32,000 nucleotides of DNA from Geobacter sulfurreducens PCA (lineage in GTDB: Bacteria; Desulfobacterota; Desulfuromonadia; Geobacterales; Geobacteraceae): the NCBI RefSeq assembly GCF_000007985.2, contig NC_002939.5, forward strand, positions 3,330,001 through 3,362,000, written 5' to 3'. Each line of letters starts with the position of its first letter. Position 1 is the stretch's first letter. Of this stretch, positions 14,671 to 22,161 are shown piece by piece. A program made the translations under genes and the position numbers. The notes under the pieces are model-generated. The model saw only the letters and a program-made list of their open reading frames with translations, searched no databases and was not told the DNA's origin.

Positions 14671-15501
14671 TTAACGCAGGAGCGAAAGGGCCGACTGCGG
14701 GGTCTGGTTGGCCTGGGCCAGGATGGCGGTGCCGGCCTGGGTCAGGATCTGGGCACGGGTCAGGGCTGCGGTCTCGGAAGCAACGTCAACGTCGCGGATC
14801 CGGGATTCGGCGGCGGAGAGGTTCTCCACCGACACCTGGAGGTTGTTGATGGTGGACTGGAGGCGGTTCTGGACCGCACCCAGGGTACCACGGATGCTCG
14901 ACACGTTCGCGATTGCCGAGTCGATGGAGTCGAGGGCGGCCTTGGCGGCGGCACCGTTGTTGCCGGTGACGCTGGCGGTTCCCACGCCGATGGAGCTGGC
15001 GCCGGCGGCGCTGATGGAGACGGAGATCACGTCATTGCCGGTGTTGCGGGAACCGACCTGGAACGAGTAGGTGGCGGAGGTGCCGTCCAGCAGCTTGGCG
15101 CCGTTGAACTCGCTGGAGCTGGCGATCCGGTCGATCTCGCCCTTGAGGGCCTGGAACTCGGAGTCGATGTAACCACGCTGCTCGGAAGAAACGGTACCGG
15201 TAGCGGCCTGGGTGGCGAGCTCCCTCATCCGGACCAGGATGTTGCTGACCTCGTTCAGCGCGCCTTCAGCGGTCTGCACAAGCGACACGCCGTCGTTGGC
15301 GTTACGGACGGCCTGGTTCATGGAGCGGACTTGGGCTCTCATGTTCTCGGAGATGGCCAGACCGGCGGCGTCGTCACCGGCGCGGTTGATCCGGTAGCCG
15401 GAGGAGAGGCGCTCGAGGGACTTGCCGAGTGCGAGCTGAGTTACGTTGAGGTTCCGCTGGGCGTTGATGGATGCGACGTTGGTGTTGACTGTGAGTGCCA
15501 T
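14671..15501 (-). CDS. fliC: Flagellin (short, 276 aa, minimal variable domain)
   Basis: MALTVNTNVASINAQRNLNVTQLALGKSLERLSSGYRINRAGDDAAGLAISENMRAQVRS... at the N-terminus and ...AQILTQAGTAILAQANQTPQSALSLLR at the C-terminus are the canonical D0/D1 termini. Confidence 0.95.
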   Translation of the reverse strand: MALTVNTNVASINAQRNLNVTQLALGKSLERLSSGYRINRAGDDAAGLAISENMRAQVRSMNQAVRNANDGVSLVQTAEGALNEVSNILVRMRELATQAATGTVSSEQRGYIDSEFQALKGEIDRIASSSEFNGAKLLDGTSATYSFQVGSRNTGNDVISVSISAAGASSIGVGTASVTGNNGAAAKAALDSIDSAIANVSSIRGTLGAVQNRLQSTINNLQVSVENLSAAESRIRDVDVASETAALTRAQILTQAGTAILAQANQTPQSALSLLR

Positions 15502-15510
15502 GGTGTACTT

Positions 15511-15544
15511 CCTCCTTGAGTGTGATTCGGGGTTTCCTTACCCC
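15511..15544 (-). promoter_or_regulatory. fliC leader with two candidate CsrA-binding GGA sites (hairpin-loop site plus SD site)
   Basis: In RNA sense: GGGG-UAAGGAAA-CCCC (15529-15544, with GGA in the loop of a 4-bp stem), then CAAGGAGGAAG, which overlaps the SD (15511-15517). The two GGA motifs are about 22 nt apart. csrA and fliW are encoded directly upstream. Confidence 0.55.
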
Positions 15545-15671
15545 TTGGGTGTGTGAGCCGAAAGCCTTGACGTTGCCGGCGCCCACCCGGGCCCGACGCG
15601 GTTGCCGTTCACGCCCCGTCTTTCAGCTTTCATCTTCGGTCAGCGTGCGAAGCGCCGCCTTTTAGTTCACG

Positions 15672-15698
15672 TATCGGCGGCAGCCGGAAAAGCTTTAG
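15672..15698 (-). promoter_or_regulatory. Sigma28-type promoter of fliC
   Basis: The minus strand reads CTAAAGcttttccggctgccGCCGATAc. TAAA, a 15-nt spacer, then a perfect GCCGATA. It gives a leader of about 160 nt. Confidence 0.75.
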
Positions 15699-15730
15699 AA
15701 AAAAAATCGCTGCGTCTTCATTTTTTTCGC

Positions 15731-15767
15731 AAAAAACTGCCTTCCCACGAACAACAGGAAGGCAGTT
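15731..15767 (-). terminator. Rho-independent terminator after fliW
   Basis: 11-bp stem AACTGCCTTCC/GGAAGGCAGTT with an 11-nt loop, followed on the minus strand by a U run (A-run at 15731-15736 on the plus strand). It lies about 25 nt after the fliW stop. Confidence 0.8.
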
Positions 15768-15791
15768 CAAAGATTACAGCTGGTTACCAGA

Positions 15792-16271
15792 TCACGCCGC
15801 CGTAACCTCGCCGGACGCGTTCCTCTTGCCGGGCGCCTTGCTCCTGGCAGCCTGATCAAAGAAGGGATGCTTGGTGGTATACCTGCTCCCCTCCAGAACG
15901 ATCTGCTTGGCAAGCATCCGCTTCGGGTTGAGAGCGATGGGCCCCTGGAGGTTGACCGTAATATTGAAGGGATCGGAGGCCATGGTCACGACCGCCAGCA
16001 GCACTACCTCATCGCCGTCGTTCACGCAGAGCTTTTCGCTCTCCTCGGCGGTGAGCTTCACCGCATAGTCCGACGCACACTCCTTGGTGTCTACCACCAC
16101 GAAGGCCAGTTCCGGGTTTTCCACTGACTGGAGCCAACAGAAGGGAGTTATGTTTTGCGGGGTGAGCAGGACAAAGCGTTTCTCGGAGAATCCGAGCATC
16201 CCGTCGGGGAGGGTGATGATTTTCGCCTCTTCAACTGCTATCTCGCCGAAGCGCGTGGTGGTCACGTTCAC
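15792..16271 (-). CDS. fliW: Flagellar assembly factor FliW (CsrA antagonist and flagellin partner)
   Basis: TTRFGEIAVEEAKIITLPDGMLGFSEKRFVLL...PFCWLQSVENPELAFVVVD...NLQGPIALNPKRMLAKQIVL matches the FliW family. GTG start at 16271, 7 nt after GGAAGGAG, which lies within the csrA 3' end. Confidence 0.9.
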   Translation of the reverse strand: MNVTTTRFGEIAVEEAKIITLPDGMLGFSEKRFVLLTPQNITPFCWLQSVENPELAFVVVDTKECASDYAVKLTAEESEKLCVNDGDEVVLLAVVTMASDPFNITVNLQGPIALNPKRMLAKQIVLEGSRYTTKHPFFDQAARSKAPGKRNASGEVTAA

Positions 16272-16275
16272 GTTA

Positions 16276-16515
16276 TTACTCCTTCCCGTCCGCGCCGAGG
16301 CAGGTTACCGCCTTCTCCAGGTCCGCCAGGCTCCACGAAGCGGCAATCTGGTTTTCGCGCTGAACCTTGATATAGATTTCCTCACGGTAGATGCGCATGT
16401 CGTTGGGAGCCTCGATGCCGAGCCGCACTTGGTTTCCTTTCATCTCCACCACCTTGATCCTGATGGAATCGCCGATGGTGACTACTTCTCCCATTTTTCT
16501 GGTCAGTACTAACAT
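16276..16515 (-). CDS. csrA: Carbon storage regulator / translational repressor CsrA (long C-terminal tail as in FliW-partnered CsrAs)
   Basis: MLVLTRKMGEVVTIGDSIRIKVVEMKGNQVRLGIEAPNDMRIYREEIY is near-consensus CsrA. AGGAGGG SD is present. Confidence 0.95.
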   Translation of the reverse strand: MLVLTRKMGEVVTIGDSIRIKVVEMKGNQVRLGIEAPNDMRIYREEIYIKVQRENQIAASWSLADLEKAVTCLGADGKE

Positions 16516-16538
16516 ACGCCCTCCTGGCGCCCTTCCCC

Positions 16539-17435
16539 CTACGAGAGGTAGTCAAGAAGTGAAATCTGTGAAATTTTCCCCGATGCCGCGATTGCCGCTT
16601 CAAAGGCCGTCTGCTGCTTGGTCAGGTCGCTGATGACCTGCATGAAGTCCACATCCTGCTTGTCGGAGAGGACTTTTGTGAGACTGAACTTCATCTCCTC
16701 GATGACGTTCTTCTGACCTTCGAGCCGGTTCATGCGGGCACCGAGATCGGTGCGGGTAGACAGGACCTGGGAAAGGGCATCCTCCAGGTTCGGCAGTTCC
16801 GCCTGGACGGCGGTCTGGTCGTTGGCACCCAAAGCGGTGATCAGGTTGTCGAACACCCCGATAATGTCTGTGCCGGTGGAGCCCGGCGGAGTCCCCCCCC
16901 TGAGCAGCTCGCCGCCGGAGTAGTTGATCGGCACGAAGGCCCCCCGGTCGATCTCGATGGTAATGCTGTCATCGGTGCCGTTGAAAGCGCCCGTTGAATC
17001 GAAGGGAGGGGTGTCGTTCTTGAATCCTCCGAACACGTAGCGACCGTTGAGCTGGGTGTTGCCGAGCTGAATGAGCTGATTGCGGAGCTGGACGATCTCG
17101 TTCATGCCCGACTCCCGGGCCTTGGCGTCGCTGGTGGCGTTGGCCATCTGTACCGTCAGCTCCTTGGCCCGGGTGAGCACGTTCCCCATCTCGTCCATGG
17201 CTGCCTCGGTCATGGAGAGCCAGGAAATGCCGTTGGAGATATTGCGCGAATACTGGTCCCCTGCCGCCATGAGCGATTTCATGTGGAGAATCTGCTGGGC
17301 GGTGACCGGATCGTCCCCCGGCGCGTTGATCTTCACGCCAGTGGCAGCCTGCTGCTCCAGCTCTTCGGTCCTCCGCCTGATCGTCTGAAGGCTGTTGAGA
17401 ACCAGGTTTGCCGTGGTGTTTTGAGTAACTCTCAT
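16539..17435 (-). CDS. flgL: Flagellar hook-filament junction protein FlgL (HAP3)
   Basis: MRVTQNTTANLVLNSLQTIRRRTEELEQQAATGVKINAPGDDP is a flagellin-like N-terminus. The 298-aa length and the position directly after flgK both fit FlgL. Confidence 0.85.
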   Translation of the reverse strand: MRVTQNTTANLVLNSLQTIRRRTEELEQQAATGVKINAPGDDPVTAQQILHMKSLMAAGDQYSRNISNGISWLSMTEAAMDEMGNVLTRAKELTVQMANATSDAKARESGMNEIVQLRNQLIQLGNTQLNGRYVFGGFKNDTPPFDSTGAFNGTDDSITIEIDRGAFVPINYSGGELLRGGTPPGSTGTDIIGVFDNLITALGANDQTAVQAELPNLEDALSQVLSTRTDLGARMNRLEGQKNVIEEMKFSLTKVLSDKQDVDFMQVISDLTKQQTAFEAAIAASGKISQISLLDYLS

Positions 17436-17444
17436 GGCACCTTC

Positions 17445-18878
17445 CTATCGAACGAGCCCGAGGATGACATCCATCATCTCGGTTCCCGTATTGATGAGTT
17501 TCGCGGCCCCCTCAAAGGCCTTCTGATACTTGATGAGGTTTGCCAGCTCCTCATCCAGAGAGACCCCCGATTGGGATTCACGCAGATTGTCCAACTGCTT
17601 CAGAACGCCCTCGGACAGCGTTGCGCTCCGCTCTGCATTCTGGACCGATACGCCCACCTTCCCCACCAGGGAGTTGTAGAAACCGCCGAGGGTCATATTT
17701 CCGCCCGACAGGGGCAGGATCTTGTCGAACAGGGAGGCGATATCCTTGGCATTGGTGTTGTTGCCGGTCCCCCCCACTGAGGGGTCGGCATTGGCGGCGG
17801 CAATGTCGTTGCTATTGGAGATGGCGACGGATATCCCGCCCAGCCCGCTGTATCCCGCCATGGTCGCCGGCGTGGAGAAGAAGTCGAGGCCAGTGGAGCC
17901 GGTGAGGCCGAAGCCGCTGGAGTGCACTGCGTTCACCTCGGTTGCCAGCGTATAGGCCAACTCGTCGAGGTCGGCCAGAAAGCCGTTCACCAGAGAATCA
18001 CGGACCTGGAGCGTCCCCCCCATTTCACCCTGGCCGTTCCCCGGCCCTCCCACGATGGAGCTGATGTCCACGGCAGTCTTGCCGCCTGGGGCGGTGGAGT
18101 AGATCCTGTAAAAGCCCGAATTGGCCGCATCGGGCTGCAGCGAAAGGACTGCCGCATCCTTACCCAGAACCAGCGGCTGGCCGAGGGAGAGGCTCACGTT
18201 AAGGGTGCCGTCGGTCTGCTCCATGTACGTGATGCCGACCTTTTCGGCGAGCTGGCGCACGGCCAGATCGCGCTGATCGCGCAGCTCATTGGCCCGGGCG
18301 CCCTGAACCTCGATCTGCTTGATCTGCTCGTTGAGGGAGGCAATCTTCCGCAGCTTGTCGTTGACGTCGGCGGTAACCCCCTCCAGGGACTGGTTTGCCT
18401 CGGTCCTGATGTCATTGAGGTAGCTGTTGACCCGCTTGAACTGGTCCGCAAGCTGCTGTCCCCGCGCCAGGATCGCCTGCCGCTCGGGCTGGCCTTGGGG
18501 GTTGGCGGTCAGATCCTGCCAGGCACTGAAAAAATCCTGCAGCGACTTGCCCAGGCCATCGGTGGTAAACTCGTTGAAGAGCTGCTCGGCCCGCGTCATG
18601 GAGGCAAGCACCGTGTCGCTCCACCCCTTGGTGGTGTTTTCGGACTTGAGCTGCATCTGGAGGAAATCGTCATAGGCCCGCTGGATTTCCGCGACCCTTA
18701 CCCCGTTGCCGAGGGGGAACCCTCGCTCCTGTGAAACGGTGGCGGTGGTGAAGACGGTGGTCTGCTTTGAATAGCCGGGCGTGTTCACGTTGGTGATATT
18801 CTCGCTGGTGACCTCAAGAGCGAGACGCTGCGCGGTGATGCCCGATTTGGCTATGTCGAGGAGGCTCAGGATACTCAT
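17445..18878 (-). CDS. flgK: Flagellar hook-filament junction protein FlgK (HAP1)
   Basis: MSILSLLDIAKSGITAQRLALEVTSENITNVNTPGYS (rod/hook N-terminal motif) and the C-terminal GVSLDEELANLIKYQKAFEGAAKLI. The start is set at the ATG at 18878, preceded by GGAAGGAG; the 25 upstream codons of the track ORF overlap flgN. Confidence 0.9.
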   Translation of the reverse strand: MSILSLLDIAKSGITAQRLALEVTSENITNVNTPGYSKQTTVFTTATVSQERGFPLGNGVRVAEIQRAYDDFLQMQLKSENTTKGWSDTVLASMTRAEQLFNEFTTDGLGKSLQDFFSAWQDLTANPQGQPERQAILARGQQLADQFKRVNSYLNDIRTEANQSLEGVTADVNDKLRKIASLNEQIKQIEVQGARANELRDQRDLAVRQLAEKVGITYMEQTDGTLNVSLSLGQPLVLGKDAAVLSLQPDAANSGFYRIYSTAPGGKTAVDISSIVGGPGNGQGEMGGTLQVRDSLVNGFLADLDELAYTLATEVNAVHSSGFGLTGSTGLDFFSTPATMAGYSGLGGISVAISNSNDIAAANADPSVGGTGNNTNAKDIASLFDKILPLSGGNMTLGGFYNSLVGKVGVSVQNAERSATLSEGVLKQLDNLRESQSGVSLDEELANLIKYQKAFEGAAKLINTGTEMMDVILGLVR

Positions 18879-18879
18879 G

Positions 18880-19371
18880 TCAGATCTCCTTCCGGAGGAT
18901 GCCGCCGGAGGAACGTTCCACCATGGAGCCGGAATTGCCATACGTCTCGGCAACCGTCAACCGGCTCTGGAAAAATGCCAGGGACCGACCCACCGTAACC
19001 ATGGAAGTTTCGAGCAGCCGCCGGTTATCGGCAATCATTCCCTTTATCTCCTGGGCAAGGGTCGAGAGCTTGGTCTGGAGGCCGGCAAGCTCTGTCTTCT
19101 CTGGCGAGGGGTTTCCGGCCAGGAGGGGTGACAGGGTTGCCTCGCCCAAGCCCCTGACCCGGGCCTCGTCGGCGATGACCCGACGGCAGTCGCCGTCCAG
19201 TGCTTCCATGCGAGCCGCCACCTGCACCTTCTGCTCGACCGCGGCCTGGAGGCGCTCGGCCTGGAGCGCCACGATGCTCGCGCGTTCCTCTTCCAGCAGC
19301 CTGACCATTTCCTCCATGCTCGCCCCCCGGGCGTTCAGAAGCTCAACAAGCCGTGACAGTCCTTTGTCCAT
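18880..19371 (-). CDS. flgN: FlgN-family export chaperone for FlgK/FlgL
   Basis: 163-aa helical protein (LVELLNARGASMEEMVRLLEEERASIVALQAERL...) lying between flgM and flgK, the canonical flgN position. GAGAGGAGAAG SD is present. Confidence 0.65.
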   Translation of the reverse strand: MDKGLSRLVELLNARGASMEEMVRLLEEERASIVALQAERLQAAVEQKVQVAARMEALDGDCRRVIADEARVRGLGEATLSPLLAGNPSPEKTELAGLQTKLSTLAQEIKGMIADNRRLLETSMVTVGRSLAFFQSRLTVAETYGNSGSMVERSSGGILRKEI

Positions 19372-19389
19372 CCCCTGCTTCTCCTCTCG

Positions 19390-19677
19390 CTAAACGTTCG
19401 TTCCTATCATGCGCATCGCCACCGAGCGGGCGTCGACCCGGTACGCCCCTTCGATCATCTGCTGCCTGACCTCCGCTACCCGCTCGGCACGGAATGACTC
19501 GCCGTTGCCGGCCGCATCCTTCAGGCTGTCAATGGCCGACTTGCCGATGGAGAGCTCTACCCGCTCCGCTACCGGCGTCGTTCCGGCCGCTGCTGCTTGC
19601 CCCGCGTCCGCCTTCGGCGGTGCAACGGGAAGCGCCCCCACGCTGGAAAGGGATACGATATCGTTATCAATCAGCAT
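19390..19677 (-). CDS. flgM: Anti-sigma28 factor FlgM
   Basis: 95 aa with a disordered A/P/G-rich N-terminus. The conserved C-terminal sigma28-binding region is FRAERVAEVRQQMIEGAYRVDARSVAMRMI. Confidence 0.75.
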   Translation of the reverse strand: MLIDNDIVSLSSVGALPVAPPKADAGQAAAAGTTPVAERVELSIGKSAIDSLKDAAGNGESFRAERVAEVRQQMIEGAYRVDARSVAMRMIGTNV

Positions 19678-19679
19678 GG

Positions 19680-20060
19680 CTATCGGGCACCGGTCTTTTT
19701 ATCCGCGTCCGGCTTCGCCGCCGGCACTACGGAGGGTTGCGTTTCGTGGGGCAGGAGCTGCTGCTCGATGAGGGGGGCCAGCCCGAGCCCGCCCGACGCC
19801 GCACAGGCCGTGGCATACTCCTGGTCGAGCATGGAGCGGAATATCTCTTCACCCCTGCCGCCGCCGGTGAGGTCATCCTTGGCCACGGTGTCGCGCATGG
19901 ACTTGAGCATCATTCCGATGAATACGGCCTCGAACTCCCGGGCCACCTTTTTTGCCGCCATCCGTTCCTGCTCGGCCTTCCCGGCCCGGGAAGCCAGTTG
20001 CTGGACGCGTGCCGTTTCGGCGTCTGACATGAGAGTTTCGGTCGGCATACTTGTACGCAT
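19680..20060 (-). CDS. flgJ: Rod-binding protein (FlgJ N-terminal domain only, no muramidase domain)
   Basis: KKVAREFEAVFIGMMLKSMRDTV...GEEIFRSMLDQEYA is the Rod_binding motif. At only 126 aa it has no glycoside hydrolase region. The start is ambiguous: ATG at 20060, 20048 or 20030. Confidence 0.7.
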   Translation of the reverse strand: MRTSMPTETLMSDAETARVQQLASRAGKAEQERMAAKKVAREFEAVFIGMMLKSMRDTVAKDDLTGGGRGEEIFRSMLDQEYATACAASGGLGLAPLIEQQLLPHETQPSVVPAAKPDADKKTGAR

Positions 20061-20068
20061 GATTCACC

Positions 20069-20095
20069 TATCGGCCAACTTCTGAAAAACTTTAG
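20069..20095 (-). promoter_or_regulatory. Sigma28-type promoter for flgJ-flgM-flgN-flgK-flgL-csrA-fliW
   Basis: The minus strand reads CTAAAGTTTTTcagaagttgGCCGATAg. TAAA, a 15-nt spacer, then a perfect GCCGATA. This is the best consensus match in the window. Confidence 0.7.
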
Positions 20096-20120
20096 CCTTA
20101 CCGGCCCTGTTCTGAGGACA

Positions 20121-20136
20121 GCATGTTATGTGCCAA
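20121..20136 (-). promoter_or_regulatory. Sigma54-type promoter in tandem with, and upstream of, the flgJ sigma28 promoter
   Basis: The minus strand reads TGGCAC-ATAAC-ATGCT. The -24 element is perfect, the GG-N10-GC spacing is correct, and the -12 TGC is conserved. It is intergenic, between the flgI stop and flgJ. Confidence 0.55.
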
Positions 20137-20175
20137 ACTGCACGAGAGGGCACCCGCGGGCGCCCTCTCGTGCAG
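20135..20175 (-). terminator. Strong hairpin / partial intrinsic terminator after flgI
   Basis: Perfect 14-bp stem CTGCACGAGAGGGC/GCCCTCTCGTGCAG (20138-20151 and 20162-20175) with a 10-nt loop. On the minus strand it is followed only by UUUGG, so the U tract is short. It lies 27 nt after the flgI stop. Confidence 0.55.
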
Positions 20176-20202
20176 CAAATACTGTATAGTCAAGGACAGG
20201 TG

Positions 20203-21309
20203 TCAGATGACCGACAGTTCTGCCTGCATGGCCCCGGCAGCCTTGATTGCCTGGAGAATGCCGATCAGGTCCCGCGGCGTCACCCCCAGGGCATTGAGGG
20301 CGCGCACCACGTCACCGATGCTGGCACCTTCGCGCAACACGGCCAATCCGCCGCTCTCCTCGGAAACCTTGATGCCGGTGCGAGGCACTACGACGGTCTC
20401 GCCCGTGCGGCTCAGAGGCTGGGGTTGGGAAACCCTCGGCGTTTCCTTGATCAGGAGAGTCAGGTTGCCATGGGAGACCGCAACGGTGTCGATGCGGACG
20501 TTCTCGCCGATGACGATGGTGCCGGTCCGTTCGTTCAGGACCACCTTCGCCGGATTATCGGGGCGAACCTCGAGGCGCTCCATATCGGCGACAAACTCAA
20601 CCACCCGTCCTTGATAGGCGTCGGGGAGGGAGATCACGACCGAACCGGGATCATTGCAGCTGGCTACGCCGGCCTTGAACTGTTCGTTGACCGCCCGGGC
20701 GATGCGCGTGGCCGTGGTGAAATCCGGCTGGTGCAGGTTGAGCCGCAGTTGCGACCGATCCGCCAGGACGTTGGGCAGCTCCCGCTCCACCAGCGCTCCG
20801 TTGGGAATCCGGCCGGCCGTGGGGTGATTTTTCTGGGCCGTTGCCGCCTGGCCGCCGTAGGAGAAAGAGTTGGTGAGCAGACCTCCCTGGGCCACGGCAT
20901 AGACCTGGCCGTCGGCTCCCTTGAGAGGGGTCATGAGCAGCGTGCCGCCGGCAAGGCTCTTGGCGTCTCCCAGGGATGAGACGAGCACGTCCACTCTGGT
21001 CCCCTGCTTGGAGAAGGGGGGAAGCTCGGCGGTCACCATGACCGCGGCCACGTTCTTCACCTTGATATCGTCGCGGTTCACGGTGATGCCCATCCGCTCC
21101 AGCACGTTGGCCAGGGACTGGACCGGAAACTTGGTCTGGTCGCTGTCGCCCGTACCGTTCAGGCCCACGATGAGGCCGTAGCCGATGAGCTGGTTGTCCC
21201 GTACCCCGTCAAAACTGGCGATATCCTTGATCCTGATCGCCAGGGCCAACTGGGGAAGCACCAGAAGAATGACTAAGACTACAAAAATTCGTTTCATGGG
21301 TTTATCCAT
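20203..21309 (-). CDS. flgI: Flagellar P-ring protein FlgI
   Basis: Signal peptide MKRIFVVLVILLVLPQLALA, then IRIKDIASFDGVRDNQLIGYGLIVGLNGTGD, and the C-terminal DLIGILQAIKAAGAMQAELSVI. The start is set at the ATG at 21309, which follows GAAGGTGG by 7 nt. Confidence 0.95.
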   Translation of the reverse strand: MDKPMKRIFVVLVILLVLPQLALAIRIKDIASFDGVRDNQLIGYGLIVGLNGTGDSDQTKFPVQSLANVLERMGITVNRDDIKVKNVAAVMVTAELPPFSKQGTRVDVLVSSLGDAKSLAGGTLLMTPLKGADGQVYAVAQGGLLTNSFSYGGQAATAQKNHPTAGRIPNGALVERELPNVLADRSQLRLNLHQPDFTTATRIARAVNEQFKAGVASCNDPGSVVISLPDAYQGRVVEFVADMERLEVRPDNPAKVVLNERTGTIVIGENVRIDTVAVSHGNLTLLIKETPRVSQPQPLSRTGETVVVPRTGIKVSEESGGLAVLREGASIGDVVRALNALGVTPRDLIGILQAIKAAGAMQAELSVI

Positions 21310-21330
21310 TTTCAAACCACCTTCGGTTCC

Positions 21331-21450
21331 GGAAACGCGATTTTTTTGCAAGGTCAAGGCGGGCTAGGAATTCCGCGGAGGCGTACCGGGGTACGCCGCA
21401 CAAGGAAATTCCGACGCCCAACGCCGAGATTGCGGAAAAGGCGCGTTTCC
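21331..21450. repeat. Structured intergenic element, copy E1 (flgH-flgI spacer): long terminal inverted arms plus a nested palindrome
   Basis: Arms are GGAAACGCGATTTTTTTGC (21331-21349) and GCGGAAAAGGCGCGTTTCC (21432-21450). Inside are GGAATTCC (21367-74) and GGAAATTCC (21404-12), flanking a perfect hairpin GGCGTAC-cggg-GTACGCC (21380-21397). It is homologous to the element at 22162..22233. Confidence 0.6.
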
Positions 21451-21455
21451 CTCCA

Positions 21456-22136
21456 CTAGAAGGGCCAGATATAATCCAGGATATTCATGAGCCACCCCGG
21501 CCGCTGCCGGTCGCTGATGACGCCGTTGCCGGTGTAGGAAATCCGCGCGTCGGCGATCATGGTCGAGCTGATGGTGTTGTCCGGAGATACGTCCCGGGGG
21601 CGGATGGTCCCCTGGAGCACCAGGATCTGGTCTTCGTTGTTAACCTTCACGTTACGCCGGCCTTCGATCAGGAAGTTGCCGTTGGGAAGGACATCGGTAA
21701 TCTTGGCCGTCATGGTTGCCAGCAGGTTTTCCTTGCGGGTGGTGGCGCCACTCCCTTCGTACTTGGAGTTGGTGCTGGCCCCGAGCAGGTTGTTGGGATT
21801 GGCGTTGGTCAGCTTGCTGAAAAGGGTTGAGCTCTTTTCCAGCCCCATGAGATAGGGGACGCTGGCCGACACCTCGGCCTTGCGCTCGGTGTCGGTGGTG
21901 GCCTCTTTGCTGGCGCTCGCCTGCTCGACGATCAGGACGGTGATGATGTCGCCCCGGCTGCGTGCTTTGTGATCGACGGCAAGGCCGGTGGTTGACGCCT
22001 GCCAGATGGAGCCGTTGGCATAGCTGGGCGGGGCCGGCCGGAGCTGTTCGTCAAAGGTCGGTGTCCGCACCTCGGTCTTCTCCACGGCGCAGCCGGCCAG
22101 GGCGAGACAGATTATTGACATGGCCAATCGTTTCAC
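21456..22136 (-). CDS. flgH: Flagellar L-ring lipoprotein FlgH
   Basis: Lipobox in MKRLAMSIICLALAGCAV. Conserved YEGSGATTRKENLLATMTAKITDVLPNGNFLIEGRRNVKVNNEDQILVLQGTIRPRDV. GTG start at 22136, preceded by GAGGAG 8 nt upstream. Confidence 0.9.
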   Translation of the reverse strand: MKRLAMSIICLALAGCAVEKTEVRTPTFDEQLRPAPPSYANGSIWQASTTGLAVDHKARSRGDIITVLIVEQASASKEATTDTERKAEVSASVPYLMGLEKSSTLFSKLTNANPNNLLGASTNSKYEGSGATTRKENLLATMTAKITDVLPNGNFLIEGRRNVKVNNEDQILVLQGTIRPRDVSPDNTISSTMIADARISYTGNGVISDRQRPGWLMNILDYIWPF

Positions 22137-22161
22137 TGACGTATCTCCTCACTCCCTGTCA

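Noticed and set aside
15538-15633. 31-codon upstream ORF in the fliC leader (AUGAAAGCUGAAAGACGG...), whose UAA stop falls inside the CsrA hairpin loop
   Set aside because: It has only a weak GAAG upstream instead of an SD, an unremarkable R/G-rich peptide, and no way to assess conservation here. It is probably fortuitous. Ribosome profiling could revisit it.
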